Shown one piece after another: positions 10,701-21,734 of a DNA stretch of 64,000 bases (within the stretch, counting starts at the first letter, position 1; each line of letters begins with the position of its first letter). Source of the DNA: Gammaproteobacteria bacterium F7 (GTDB lineage Bacteria; Pseudomonadota; Gammaproteobacteria; Pseudomonadales; IMCC2047); the NCBI GenBank assembly GCA_001593685.1, contig LUKI01000006.1, positions 1,085 to 65,084 of the forward strand, given 5' to 3'. Position numbers and translations under genes: made by a program. The notes beneath the pieces are model-generated. The model did no database searches and had not been told where the DNA came from. It saw only the letters and a program-made list of their open reading frames with translations.

Positions 10701-11374
10701 GCTGGTTTGAAGAGGATGGCAGCCAGGTTTCAACTGAAGAATTTATTGGCCTTGCTGAGGAAATGGGGGTTATTAATGATATCGACTTTTATGTGCTGGA
10801 GCAGGCAGGCCGCGAGTTATATGAGTTAGCTCAACAGCAACAACAGGATGTTGGGCTATCTATTAATGTGTCTCCGCGTATTTTTTCAGCGAAAGACAAA
10901 TCCCTTAGTCGCTGGATTAGCCTTATTATTGAGGTCGCAGAAAAGATTGATGTTACCGTTGAAATTACTGAGCGAGTATTGACCCAAGATTCCAGAAAGG
11001 CGCTGCAAGCGCTAACGCAGTTGAAAGAGGCGGGCATTTCAATTGCCATTGACGACTTTGGTACGGGTTATTCGTCGTTGAGTTACCTGACTAAATTCCC
11101 GATTGACTATATTAAAATTGACCGGTCATTTATTGCTAATATCGGTATTAGCGAGTCAGACGAAACGTTAACCGAAACCGTGATAGGCTTGGCGAATAAA
11201 CTGTCTATGCGTGTGGTTGCAGAGGGGATCGAGACGCAGCAACAACTCGATTTTCTTAAGAACCTTGGCTGCGACTATGCGCAAGGCTATTTGCTTGGTA
11301 AACCCCAGGTTCTCAGTGAGTTTGCAAAGCAGCTTGCCAATTCAGGCGAAGAGAATCTTGCTCAGGTTAGTTAG
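7742..11374 (+). CDS. Membrane c-di-GMP signalling protein: NMT1/THI5-type binding domain - CHASE - PAS - GGDEF - EAL
   Basis: LQLKWEHEFQFAGYYAA (NMT1-like), PVELIQGG..FIGR (CHASE), VQDISERK (PAS/PAC), SGDEF, ESLVRW, DDFGTGYSSL, VAEGIE. Confidence 0.87.
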   Translation: MRRASHYFIACLLSFLATFTTASEKVVLQLKWEHEFQFAGYYAALWQGFYESEGLDVEIRPVSRADGSTVSPSKELLAGKVDFAIGATDILILRDQGEDVVALASIFQRSPNALFSLEGTPINSVGQLAKLKIGSSTDYTSDEIKTLFNEHGFGSNNVDINYLTPTINALIEGKVDVIATYGVSLMYAAEEKGVNLNHLLLSDHGLQFYGDTLYTHQSVIDSRPDVVEKFIRATVRGWEYALQNKTTVAEKIAKELPRYLFTYDDLTAYNLRFAESIDEYMAYPISAVGNINPQRWQNIHQQLKAAGLISNDWDSGVIINESLLNTPPQSGVSVLIIFICSTLILILLAIFFLRREVTLWMPCFFLVFAIILIENFIEKSLGEAHYQQVRLDTSEELNVVSAKLSGVLNNSMSLIAATAAHIAAEPDIDQADFDRFAAPLLKKEPLFVNLGVAKDFVVNMISPIAGNEAVLGFDYLKSNAYHDEVLQVKRTNTHFITDPVELIQGGNAFIGRAAVYTESKTGEPVFWGIVSGPIDSHGVYKKAGLLSDKLGINIAIASRNNLGNKGDVFFGDEDIIADHKSLKTTLLVGDTRWVLAAAPKEGWYQATRDIWGLRFTTVIFGVLLLLFVAFRHRQLIQSKAYEEQLRQSEKLLSDVGELALIGPWQINRHGQIINWHRQTSKVLGLSYPVVGDLIERLASVFTVDQLQKLKQCLDSAHSNGESFDIELCREDKHKNIRWLRFIGNVVIRQGQIHELLGAVQDISERKHSHELIQYQASYDNLTGLPNRLLLNDNLEKNIAKASRDNNKLAVLFVDLDNFKPVNDSLGHKAGDKVLKEVARRLKSCIRASDTVARYSGDEFIILLQDVDDGSGSLPVAENVIHEMNQPFNIDGREVFCGASVGIAIYPEDGKTGEALISNADQAMYVAKESGRNNWHYFTDEMQQQSEKRQRLHSKLVSAISKKELTVHYQPIMNLSTGKITKCESLVRWFEEDGSQVSTEEFIGLAEEMGVINDIDFYVLEQAGRELYELAQQQQQDVGLSINVSPRIFSAKDKSLSRWISLIIEVAEKIDVTVEITERVLTQDSRKALQALTQLKEAGISIAIDDFGTGYSSLSYLTKFPIDYIKIDRSFIANIGISESDETLTETVIGLANKLSMRVVAEGIETQQQLDFLKNLGCDYAQGYLLGKPQVLSEFAKQLANSGEENLAQVS

Positions 11375-11442
11375 TCTTACTGGCTAACCTGCCAGTGTAT
11401 GTCATATCATAGCGACCCGAAATTCCAAATAGAGATCATCTG

Positions 11443-11850
11443 ATGGAAGATGTTATTGAACAGCTTCGCGAGCAGGCTGAAACCGTACCTGTTCCACTTG
11501 AATTGCCAGACGAAGAAGATCTTGTGCTGATCGAAGAGCAGCTATTTGTTGCGCTTCCTTTTGAAATGCGAGAGTTTTTCCTGAAGGTCAGTGATGTTGT
11601 TTATGGCACCCTTGAGCCCGTTACGGTGGCAGACCCTCAAAGTCATACTTACCTTCCTGAAGTGGCAGCAACAGCCTGGTCGTTAGGTATCAGTCGAGAG
11701 TTAGTTCCTTTATGCGAAGCCCATGGTGGCTATTATTGCGTTAGCCCAGAAGGCGAGGTTAGCTTTATTGATCCCGATACCGGTGAAACTCAAAGTGATG
11801 AGTGGGCTTCCGTTTGGCATTGGGTTAAAGAGGTCTGGCTGGAAAGCTAG
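11443..11850 (+). CDS. SMI1/KNR4 family protein
   Basis: PLELPDEEDLV..EEQL..LP..REF..EPVTVADPQSHTYLPEV pattern of the conserved gammaproteobacterial SMI1/KNR4 protein. Confidence 0.75.
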   Translation: MEDVIEQLREQAETVPVPLELPDEEDLVLIEEQLFVALPFEMREFFLKVSDVVYGTLEPVTVADPQSHTYLPEVAATAWSLGISRELVPLCEAHGGYYCVSPEGEVSFIDPDTGETQSDEWASVWHWVKEVWLES

Positions 11851-11875
11851 CGCTCGTTAAAAAAACAGGATATTT

Positions 11876-12088
11876 ATGCAAACTTTTAATTTAGATGGTA
11901 ACGAGTTTATTGAGCTGCACAACCTACTCAAAATCACAGGGCTGGTGGGAAGTGGTGGTATGGCTAAGAACCTGATTGCCGATGGGCAGGTGCTGGTCGA
12001 TGATCAGCAGGAATTACGCAAACGCTGTAAAATTCGCGTCGGCCAAATCGTTGAGTTTGCAGGTGAACAAATTCAGGTAGCAGAATAG
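11876..12088 (+). CDS. ybcJ: S4-domain RNA-binding protein YbcJ
   Basis: IELHNLLKITGLVGSGGMAK...ELRKRCKI. Confidence 0.85.
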   Translation: MQTFNLDGNEFIELHNLLKITGLVGSGGMAKNLIADGQVLVDDQQELRKRCKIRVGQIVEFAGEQIQVAE

Positions 12089-12156
12089 ATTTGTTTTCCA
12101 GCACCGTTATCAACTTGTTGTTTATTGAAATTAGTTTAGTTATTTAAGGACTTATC

Positions 12157-12645
12157 ATGCAGAATTTAACCCCCGATTTATGTGATGAATACCCCGACTT
12201 AGTTGCCGTAATGGAGCCCCTGACCAGTAGTTTTGGTGGTCGTATCGCTTTTGGCGGTGAAATTGTTACGGTAAAGTGTTTTGAAGATAACTCGTTAGTA
12301 AAAGAAGAGCTGGCCAAGCCGGGCGCCGGTAAAGTACTGGTCGTCGATGGTGGCGCCTCAATGCGTCGAGCGTTAATGGGCGATATGATTGCTGAGAATG
12401 CTGTGAAAAACGGCTGGGAAGGCGTCGTCATTTATGGATGCATTCGAGATGTTGATGTTATTATGGAGTTGGATCTGGGTGTACAGGCGATCAACACTAT
12501 CCCATTAAAAACTGATAAGCGTGGTGAAGGTCAGTTGAATATTCCTGTGACTTTTGGCGGTGTAACTTTCAAGCCCGGCGAATTTGTTTACGCCGATAAC
12601 AATGGTGTTATTGTTTCTCCTCAGGCGCTGAATCTGCCGGCATAA
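12157..12645 (+). CDS. rraA: Regulator of RNase E activity RraA family
   Basis: [45 protein letters not shown]. Confidence 0.92.
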   Translation: MQNLTPDLCDEYPDLVAVMEPLTSSFGGRIAFGGEIVTVKCFEDNSLVKEELAKPGAGKVLVVDGGASMRRALMGDMIAENAVKNGWEGVVIYGCIRDVDVIMELDLGVQAINTIPLKTDKRGEGQLNIPVTFGGVTFKPGEFVYADNNGVIVSPQALNLPA

Positions 12646-12663
12646 AATCTGCTTAAATCTGAA

Positions 12664-12697
12664 GGCCCGCCTATAGCAATGTAAGCGGGCTTTTTTA
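12664..12697 (+). terminator. Intrinsic terminator after rraA
   Basis: GGCCCGC...GCGGGCT stem followed by TTTTTT. Confidence 0.75.
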
Positions 12698-12766
12698 TGT
12701 CTAAATTTCAGCTTAAACGCCATTCGCGTCTTAAGCATTTCGGATTGTTGAAGTGAGTTGAAGTGA

Positions 12767-13930
12767 CTAGTCGAAGTAAAAATAGCCATCGTTAAATAGA
12801 TCAAACATTAATTGTTTTGCATCATCAGAGTCTATTAATTTCAATAGGTTGTTGGCATTTATTCGAGTAGATTCACTGATTAGTTGCAGCAATTTTTTAA
12901 GCGATAGATCACAACTATAACGTTTGCCATTAACAAATAAATCGAGGCTGCCTTGTTGCGCAAACCAGGCGCAACGACAACCTTCGACCCAACACAGGGT
13001 TTCAACCTGAACCAGCTCTTCAACCAGCTGCTCAGGTGTTTGAATTGCTTCAAATTCGTAACCGACTTCCTGCTGCTTGGGTTCGGTCATGTATTCGCCA
13101 AACCAGCGTGCCAGTTTGGCCGGGTCATTTAGCGTATCCGCGAGAATTTTCTGCACCTTTGCGAGAGCAGAGGGGCTGATTTCGCCGGGGTTATTTTGCA
13201 GTGCCAAATCAGGATCAGAATAACGTTGATCCTCCTGCAAGGAGTCGGTTAAGTAATGGCTGAATTCGCCTAATAGATCTCCATGGCTTGGTGCACGAAA
13301 ACCAACGGAGTAGGTGATGCTGTCACCCACAGCAACGCCGTAGTGAGCGATGCCAGGTGGAATATAAAGCACATCGCCAGGCTCAACAATCCACTCATCC
13401 TGCGTTTCAAAATCAGTCAAGATGGATAAATCACAGTCAGGCAAAAGAGCGGAGTCTGCGTCACAGTGTTGACCAACACGCCAGTGCTTTTTACCCAGAC
13501 CCTGCATCAAAAATACATCGTATTGATCGAAGTGCGGGCCAGCGGTGCCTTTATCGGGTGAGTAACTCACCATAATATCGTCAACCCGCCAATTAGGGAT
13601 AAAACGAAAACCGTCGAGTAGCGCGTAAACGTCTGGGAAAAAGCGCTCAATACCCTGCACATGCAAGGTCCAGTCAGCATCGGGTAATGCGAGGAAGTCT
13701 GCTTCGGCGAAGGGGCCGTGTTTTAATTGCCATTTTGGCGAGGCACTGGACTCGGTAATCAGTCGAGATTCAGCAAAATCTTCGCAGGCTAGCCCGGCAA
13801 TTTCTTCCGGGCTGAGAGGGTTAATAAAGTCGGGTAGCGCTTGCTTAATCAGCAGTGGCTTTTTCTGCCAGTAGTCAGCCAGAAACTGTTTAGCGGAAAT
13901 CGATCCCAGCGCATACCCGTCATTATTCAT
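12767..13930 (-). CDS. roxA: JmjC/cupin ribosomal protein uL16 hydroxylase (RoxA/YcfD)
   Basis: YWQKKPLLI, WRVDDIMVS, GPHFDQYDVF (HxD), PGDVLYIPPGIAH, SVGFRAP; next to purB. Confidence 0.88.
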   Translation of the reverse strand: MNNDGYALGSISAKQFLADYWQKKPLLIKQALPDFINPLSPEEIAGLACEDFAESRLITESSASPKWQLKHGPFAEADFLALPDADWTLHVQGIERFFPDVYALLDGFRFIPNWRVDDIMVSYSPDKGTAGPHFDQYDVFLMQGLGKKHWRVGQHCDADSALLPDCDLSILTDFETQDEWIVEPGDVLYIPPGIAHYGVAVGDSITYSVGFRAPSHGDLLGEFSHYLTDSLQEDQRYSDPDLALQNNPGEISPSALAKVQKILADTLNDPAKLARWFGEYMTEPKQQEVGYEFEAIQTPEQLVEELVQVETLCWVEGCRCAWFAQQGSLDLFVNGKRYSCDLSLKKLLQLISESTRINANNLLKLIDSDDAKQLMFDLFNDGYFYFD

Positions 13931-13932
13931 TT

Positions 13933-15356
<1,424 letters not shown>

Positions 15357-15438
15357 GAATTTACAGGTTTTCTGGAGAACAGAAACGCATTAATAGCGGC
15401 GGTTATTATGTCTACTGCAGAGTTTACGGTTAGTTAAA

Positions 15439-16062
15439 TTAAACAATGCTATTAAGTGTTGCCAATAACTTTTTGCGATAGAAAATAAAGTGCCAGCGTT
15501 TGCCGCCAACTTGACGCCACAACATGGCTGAGCGAATTCCCGCTAATAGCACGCTGCGTATCTTGTTAACGACCAATGGGTTCTGAAGGTGCATGGCGTT
15601 GCCGGTAACCTGAATGCGATAACGAAATGTGGAAAGGGTGTCTTCGTAAATGCTGGCTAGTGAGGCAATGCTGCGCTCGTGGGTGAGCTCAAAGTGATCC
15701 AGGCGACTTTGCATTTGATCGAGGCGGCTACCGAGGATATCTAACAGCTCCTGATTATTTTGTAATCTTCCCTGAAGGTGAATCAACCCAATAGCATAAC
15801 GAAGGCGCTGACTGCCTTGTTTATTCTTTTGCTCTAATACTTCACGTAATGCAGAAAACCCAAGCTCCAGACCCGGCATAAAGTTCACCTGCCCATTATA
15901 AACCTCTTCAATGGTGCCTGGGTTGGTTTTAAGGATGCTGCCAAGGCTGGTGGTAAAGCTATCCAGGTCGGCGTTGCCGGTATTGGCTAGCTGCTCAACT
16001 AACTCGGCAGCCTGTAAAATGCCGGCTAGCGCAATGGTTTGTTTATAAAAGCTGCTTTTCAC
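15439..16062 (-). CDS. hflD: High frequency lysogenization protein HflD
   Basis: ALAGILQAA, LASIYEDTLS, RIQVTG, IRSVLLAGIRSAMLWRQVGG; lies between mnmA and purB. Confidence 0.93.
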   Translation of the reverse strand: MKSSFYKQTIALAGILQAAELVEQLANTGNADLDSFTTSLGSILKTNPGTIEEVYNGQVNFMPGLELGFSALREVLEQKNKQGSQRLRYAIGLIHLQGRLQNNQELLDILGSRLDQMQSRLDHFELTHERSIASLASIYEDTLSTFRYRIQVTGNAMHLQNPLVVNKIRSVLLAGIRSAMLWRQVGGKRWHFIFYRKKLLATLNSIV

Positions 16063-16081
16063 CCTTGCCTCTGGTTTGTTA

Positions 16082-17179
16082 TTAAACTTTTATTGCTTCA
16101 GTAATGACGCCGCCGCCAAGACAAACTTCATCCATGTAAAATACAACAGATTGCCCTGGTGCGACGGCTCGCTGTGGCTCGTCAAAGATAACATGGCAGT
16201 GGCCGTTGTCTTTAACGACAACTTCGCAGCGCTGGTCGGACTGGCGATAACGGATTTTTGCGGTGCATCGGAACTGCTTAGCTGGTGGGGAGCCGTTAAT
16301 CCAGCTAACGCCTTCAGCCAGTAGTGAGGGAGCAAAAAGGGCCGGGTGGTTTTTGCCCTGTACCGCGAGTAGTTGGTTGGTATCGAGGTATTTATCTGCC
16401 ACATACCAAGGCGACTCGTCTTTACCCTGCATGCCTCCAATACCAAGTCCTTGGCGCTGACCGATGGTGTGGTACATTAAGCCCTGATGTTTACCAATGA
16501 CCTCATTATCAGGGGTGACGATATCACCAGGCTGGGCAGGAATATACTGCTTGAGAAAGTCGCGAAAACGACGCTCACCAATAAAGCAGATACCGGTACT
16601 GTCTTTTTTATTGTGGGTGACGAGGTCATGCTGTTCAGCAATTTCTCGCACACGGGGCTTTTCCAGCTCCCCAATCGGAAAAAACGTTTTTGCTAACTGC
16701 TGTTCAGGAACGGCATGCAGAAAGTAACTTTGGTCTTTGTTTTTATCCACGCCACGGAGCAGGTAAGTATGCTCGTCGTCGCGTCGTAGACGTGTGTAAT
16801 GGCCCGTAGCGATATAATTAGCGCCTAACATTTCGGCATACTCGAGAAATGCTTTGAACTTGATTTCTCGGTTACAGAGAATATCGGGGTTAGGCGTTCG
16901 ACCTGCACGGTATTCATTCAGAAAGTGTTCAAAAACATTATCCCAGTACTCGGCGGCAAAATTGGCGGTATGAAGCCTGATACCCAATTTGTCGCAAACA
17001 GCCTGTGCATCAGCTAGATCTTGCTTTGCAGTGCAATACTCTGTGCCGTCGTCTTCGTCCCAGTTCTTCATGAACAGGCCTTCAACCTGATAACCTTGCT
17101 GCATGAGTAATAAAGCTGAAACGGAGGAGTCAACGCCGCCCGACATACCAACAATGACGCGAATGTGTGAATTATCCAT
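16082..17179 (-). CDS. mnmA: tRNA 2-thiouridylase MnmA
   Basis: [41 protein letters not shown]. Confidence 0.97.
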   Translation of the reverse strand: MDNSHIRVIVGMSGGVDSSVSALLLMQQGYQVEGLFMKNWDEDDGTEYCTAKQDLADAQAVCDKLGIRLHTANFAAEYWDNVFEHFLNEYRAGRTPNPDILCNREIKFKAFLEYAEMLGANYIATGHYTRLRRDDEHTYLLRGVDKNKDQSYFLHAVPEQQLAKTFFPIGELEKPRVREIAEQHDLVTHNKKDSTGICFIGERRFRDFLKQYIPAQPGDIVTPDNEVIGKHQGLMYHTIGQRQGLGIGGMQGKDESPWYVADKYLDTNQLLAVQGKNHPALFAPSLLAEGVSWINGSPPAKQFRCTAKIRYRQSDQRCEVVVKDNGHCHVIFDEPQRAVAPGQSVVFYMDEVCLGGGVITEAIKV

Positions 17180-17399
17180 GCTTTTCCGAAACGGTTTACC
17201 TGTAAGAGAGAACGAAGCCTAAAATATAGCCGGCATTCTATCTTAGAGAGGCCTTCTCACGAAACAATGGGAGGTAAAAATGGCTGAAATCATTCGGCTT
17301 TTTGATATCGCCAAGCGTCAATGAGGGGGGTTAGTCTATATTTTAACCTTCGTTTAGGCTCTACGTAGGCTAAATTAACGGAGCTTTTAAATAGACGTT

Positions 17400-17855
17400 T
17401 TAAATGGATAGGTGCGAGATATACTCCAGTGGCAGTCGCTTGCCAGCTAAATAATCCTCAATACAGGTGAGCACCATCGGGCTGCGCAGCATTGATTGTT
17501 GCTGCTGAATTTCCTCAAGGCTCAGCCATTGTGCTTCAAGAATGCCGTCATCAAGTGTGGCGTTACTTTCTTTTTTAAGTGGGGCGGCGCTGAAAAGGGT
17601 GCGAAAATAGGTAGTGTTGTTATCCGGCGACCGATAAAGATAAAACCCGACCAGAGACTCAATTCGAACATGCCAGCCCGTTTCTTCGAGCGTTTCTCTT
17701 TGCGCGGCCTCAAACAGGGTTTCATTTTCTTCAACATGTCCTGCCGGTTGATTTAACACGACTTTATCATCGGATATTTCTTTTACTATCAGAAATTTGC
17801 CGCCGACTTCTACAATGACTGCCACTGTTAGGTGAGGGTGCCAGGCATCCGTCAT
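17400..17855 (-). CDS. nudJ: Nudix hydrolase NudJ
   Basis: [30 protein letters not shown] Nudix box, LRSP; conserved position upstream of mnmA. Confidence 0.88.
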   Translation of the reverse strand: MTDAWHPHLTVAVIVEVGGKFLIVKEISDDKVVLNQPAGHVEENETLFEAAQRETLEETGWHVRIESLVGFYLYRSPDNNTTYFRTLFSAAPLKKESNATLDDGILEAQWLSLEEIQQQQSMLRSPMVLTCIEDYLAGKRLPLEYISHLSI

Positions 17856-18514
17856 GGTTTAGCCTTTTGTCGTTTTAACGCCTGTTTTGTACGTTTTTTT
17901 GAGTATCGAACGGTAGGCTTTGAAGTTGGTATCCTAGTTTTTTTGGAGGCGTGCTTTTTTGGCTCAGCAGGCGCATCAACAGTTAACATCTTATATTCGC
18001 CCGGCTGCAGGTTTTCCAATTGCCAGTTACCGATGGCAACACGAACCAAGCGAAGTGTAGGAAAACCAACGGCTGCGGTCATACGTCGTACTTGACGGTT
18101 GCGGCCTTCGCTAATTTTTATTTCCACCCAGCTGGTGGGTATTTCTGCGCGGAAGCGAACCGGAGGGTTGCGTGGCCAAAGCTCTGGTTCAGGTAATTTT
18201 TGGACTTTTGCTGGGCGAGTTAGGCCGTCCTTAAGCTGAATACCTGTGCGAAGCTGCTTAACGGCCTGATCGCTGATATCCCCCTCAACCTGTACCCAAT
18301 AGGTTTTTTCCTGTTTGTGTCTGGGGTGGGCAATGTGGTGCTGTAATTGACCATTATCGGTCAGCAACAACAGGCCTTCGGAGTTGTAGTCAAGCCGGCC
18401 TGCTGCATAGACGCCTTTTTGCGTAATGAAGTCCGCTAATGTTGGCCGACCTTTGTCATCGGTAAATTGCGATAACACATCGTAGGGCTTATTGAAAAGG
18501 ATCAGCGTGGGCAT
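17852..18514 (-). CDS. rluE: 23S rRNA pseudouridine synthase RluE-like
   Basis: [45 protein letters not shown]. Confidence 0.9.
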   Translation of the reverse strand: MPTLILFNKPYDVLSQFTDDKGRPTLADFITQKGVYAAGRLDYNSEGLLLLTDNGQLQHHIAHPRHKQEKTYWVQVEGDISDQAVKQLRTGIQLKDGLTRPAKVQKLPEPELWPRNPPVRFRAEIPTSWVEIKISEGRNRQVRRMTAAVGFPTLRLVRVAIGNWQLENLQPGEYKMLTVDAPAEPKKHASKKTRIPTSKPTVRYSKKRTKQALKRQKAKP

Positions 18515-18596
18515 GCGCGCATGATCTTACAGTACAGCTCTGATAACAAGTATTGCTGTGCGGTGCTTTTGTCGGCCTCTCGGGTAAAGGGCTCTA

Positions 18597-19559
18597 CTAC
18601 TCAAGTATTTTCCGCCGGTAGTCTTGATCGTCAACCTCAACACGGCCTGTTTTTATCGTGCTAAACATGTGCTTAAACACGGCACCACTACGACCATTCT
18701 GGTCATCTAGAAAATAAGAGTGTCCCTTTGGCGAGTCGTACTTATTATTAAAATTATCGCAGTCTATGGCGTAGACATTGTTTTGGACTTTTTTCATATT
18801 TTCGGGGCCGGTATGCCCCAGACGACGCGAAGCAACTTTGTTTTTCAGGTTAGATATTTTGCTGGAGCGCAACGCTAAATCGTCCGAGGCATAATATACC
18901 GACACATTCCGTGAGGCCTGGCTGATTAGAATACCGTCCTGATCGTACTCCAGCGACTCATTAACAATATCAGCGGCCATTAGGATGGTGTTTCTAAAAA
19001 GCAGAGGCACGCCGTTTGCCAGGTCATATTTGTTCCACATCGCCAGCGTTTCACGAAAAACACGATTACCCATTGAATGCGCTAGTACGTTGATACGTTT
19101 TAAGCAGGGTGAATCAGCGGGTTCGTTGTCACGCCAGGCCATAAAAAATTGTAAAACGCGGGCAAAGGAAAAGGCGCTTTTATCGGCAGACTTTTGATCG
19201 TCCCAATAGTCCTTCACAATGCCAATATCGTTATCACAGGGCCAAATAAGGGGGATAACCTGAATCAAACCGGGCTCTTTTTCATCAAAAAGCTGCTGTA
19301 ATTTAAGTACTCTCGGAAAAATATCCGGTTCCGGCAAATTTGAAAAACCGTGTATAAAAAATAACAGCTGCTTGTAATGACTTTCTTTTAACCGGGTCAT
19401 CAATGCGCTGGAACCCAGTTCGATATAGTTTTCGACACCAAGCCTTTCGCAGCAATAGATGGAGTTTGATGGCGCGTTTTTATTTAAATCGAATTTATAG
19501 TGGCGGTTTTTACGCGTGCGAATTGAGCCCTTAGGCTCACGATTGGTAATAAATAACAT
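18597..19559 (-). CDS. Alpha/beta hydrolase (DUF900-like)
   Basis: FFIHGF, LAHSMG nucleophile elbow, MAAD, DLAL..S, RLG, HSY. Confidence 0.75.
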   Translation of the reverse strand: MLFITNREPKGSIRTRKNRHYKFDLNKNAPSNSIYCCERLGVENYIELGSSALMTRLKESHYKQLLFFIHGFSNLPEPDIFPRVLKLQQLFDEKEPGLIQVIPLIWPCDNDIGIVKDYWDDQKSADKSAFSFARVLQFFMAWRDNEPADSPCLKRINVLAHSMGNRVFRETLAMWNKYDLANGVPLLFRNTILMAADIVNESLEYDQDGILISQASRNVSVYYASDDLALRSSKISNLKNKVASRRLGHTGPENMKKVQNNVYAIDCDNFNNKYDSPKGHSYFLDDQNGRSGAVFKHMFSTIKTGRVEVDDQDYRRKILE

Positions 19560-19752
19560 GCTTATAATCCCTCATAGCCGGTTATTTTGTAAGGTTTAGG
19601 AAAGGTGGTGGATAGCAGGGGACGGAACCCCAATTATTAGACCGATCCTTGGCTTTAGTTCTACGCGGCTAAACCACTATTTGGAAATAGTTGTTTAGCC
19701 TATAAAAACCGGGGGTTATTCGCTTTGTTGATAAAGGGTTGGCGGGCCTGAT

Positions 19753-20838
19753 TTAGGGTTTTGGCACGTCTGTTGTGTCGACGCCTTTGCGTTGCATTTT
19801 GTCCTCTGCCAATTGCTGATCACCTTTGTCCGGGTGCAGGCCATTGTCACCATTAAATTTATCTGGCTGATAACTGAGGCAAGTTAATAGGGCAAAATGA
19901 TCTGACCCCTCGATATGCAGGCGTTCAATGTGCTGAAGGCGGAAATGTTTGCTGTGGAACAGGTGGTCCAGAGGCCAGCGCATAAATGGATAACTTGCAT
20001 GAAATGTATTGAACATTCCTCGGCCAATACGAGGGTCTAATAAGCCGCTGATTTTTCTAAATAATCGAGTGGTTTTCGACCAGGCAACATCGTTTAAATC
20101 TCCAGTCACAATGACCGGATGATTGTGTTCGGTGATTGTTTTTGCGACCGCTAGCAACTCGGCATCACGTTCTGTTGATTTGTCATTTTCAACCGGGCTT
20201 GGAGGAGCGGGGTGCAAAAAATGCGTATAAACATTGGCCCCGCAGCTGAGTTTTATCTGTGTATGCATCGAAGGGATGTCAGCTTCGACCAGATATTTAA
20301 TCTCGCTTTCGTTGAGCTCTAGCCGAGAATACACATGCATGCCGTAGAGGTTGTCCTGAGGGCACTTTATGCTGTATGGGTAAGCACTTTGTAGTTGATC
20401 CAGCTGTTGTTGCCACCAGTGATCTGTTTCCAGAGTTACTAATATATCCGGTTGGTAGTGTTGTACCTGGTTAATTAGTTTGTCGGCCTGTCGATTTGAC
20501 ATGAGTACATTGGCCGTCATGATTTTAAAGTTGTGGGCGGCGTTTACATCCTGTTTGTCGGCACTTTGAACTTCGCATCTAACAAGCCGTGTGTACGGTA
20601 AAATCCACCAACCTTGATAGAGCAGGCATACAAGGGTGACAAGTATTAAGGGCAAAGATAATGGCTGAGAGAAATCCAGCAGTAGACATTCAGCAATTAA
20701 AAGGATCACGCCGAGAATACAAAATTGTAGCCGTGGGAAGTCTAGTCCTCTTATCCACCATATTTCCTGACGTAACATGGGCAACAGGGTGCCAATAAGC
20801 AGCAATAAATTGATTAAAATAAAAACATTAAGGGGCAT
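19753..20838 (-). CDS. Membrane-anchored endonuclease/exonuclease/phosphatase (EEP) protein
   Basis: Three N-terminal TM segments; ANVLM, GDLND, PLDH, SDHF. Confidence 0.85.
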   Translation of the reverse strand: MPLNVFILINLLLLIGTLLPMLRQEIWWIRGLDFPRLQFCILGVILLIAECLLLDFSQPLSLPLILVTLVCLLYQGWWILPYTRLVRCEVQSADKQDVNAAHNFKIMTANVLMSNRQADKLINQVQHYQPDILVTLETDHWWQQQLDQLQSAYPYSIKCPQDNLYGMHVYSRLELNESEIKYLVEADIPSMHTQIKLSCGANVYTHFLHPAPPSPVENDKSTERDAELLAVAKTITEHNHPVIVTGDLNDVAWSKTTRLFRKISGLLDPRIGRGMFNTFHASYPFMRWPLDHLFHSKHFRLQHIERLHIEGSDHFALLTCLSYQPDKFNGDNGLHPDKGDQQLAEDKMQRKGVDTTDVPKP

Positions 20839-20950
20839 TTATTGTGCTCGGAGGTAATGGAAAGTAAGTATAAATTTATCGCTAAAAAAGCGTTAAATTT
20901 ATTAATAGCAGCAATTTAACACAATTGTTTAGCATGTTAGAGTCACTCTT

Positions 20951-21346
20951 ATGACAAATACACACAGCAAAGCAATTGGCTATATTCTCTGGATTTTTGG
21001 CTTTATGGGCGCACACCGCTTTTATTATGGCCGACCAATCAGTGGTACATTGTATTTCTTCACACTAGGCTTTTTTCTTATTGGCTGGATTGTTGATTTA
21101 TTCCTGATTCCAGGTATGGATCGTCAGGCTGACCAGCGTTTCAGCTCCGGTGAAAAAGACTACAATGTCACTTGGATTCTGATGACTTTCCTTGGCATCT
21201 TTGGAGTGCATCGACTGTATCTTGGTAAATGGATTACCGCCATTCTGTGGTTTTTTACCGGCGGGTTGTTTTTACTGGGATACCTTTACGATTATTGGAC
21301 ACTTAATGACCAAATTGATGAGGCCAACCGGTCTCGTTACCGTTAG
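20951..21346 (+). CDS. Double TM2-domain (NINE) protein
   Basis: Two repeats of LxxFxGxxGxHRxYxG...TxG. Confidence 0.85.
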   Translation: MTNTHSKAIGYILWIFGFMGAHRFYYGRPISGTLYFFTLGFFLIGWIVDLFLIPGMDRQADQRFSSGEKDYNVTWILMTFLGIFGVHRLYLGKWITAILWFFTGGLFLLGYLYDYWTLNDQIDEANRSRYR

Positions 21347-21356
21347 TTAGGACAGC

Positions 21357-21731
21357 ATGAACGCTGGTGAGCAAGATATAAATACTAGCGATCAACAGTT
21401 AGCGTTAGAACGCTTGGAGCGTTTGGCTTATTTTCTGGATGCGAGTCTGGACGTGCCGTTTACCAATTTCCGTATTGGTATTGATTCTTTGATTGGCTTA
21501 ATTCCTGGTATTGGTGATGCGGCTTCAGGGCTGATCTCTTTAGCCATTATTTATCGCGGTTGGCGGCTGGGTGTGAGCTTTCCTGTTGTTGTTCGGATGC
21601 TTTTGAATCTACTGCTCGACGTTGTTGTTGGTACTATCCCGGTGGCGGGTGATTTATTTGATATGGCCTTCAAAGCCAATTTACGCAATGTCGATCTCAT
21701 TAGAAATAACCTTAGAAAGCAGGGGCTTTAA
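21357..21731 (+). CDS. DUF4112 family membrane protein
   Basis: LD..FRIGIDSLIGLIPGIGD...GTIPVAGDLFD..FKANLRN. Confidence 0.85.
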   Translation: MNAGEQDINTSDQQLALERLERLAYFLDASLDVPFTNFRIGIDSLIGLIPGIGDAASGLISLAIIYRGWRLGVSFPVVVRMLLNLLLDVVVGTIPVAGDLFDMAFKANLRNVDLIRNNLRKQGL

Positions 21732-21734
21732 AGG

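Noticed and set aside
11443-11850. SMI1/KNR4 gene as an orphan toxin-immunity cassette
   Set aside because: Looks like the conserved housekeeping-context member, with normal composition and no toxin nearby
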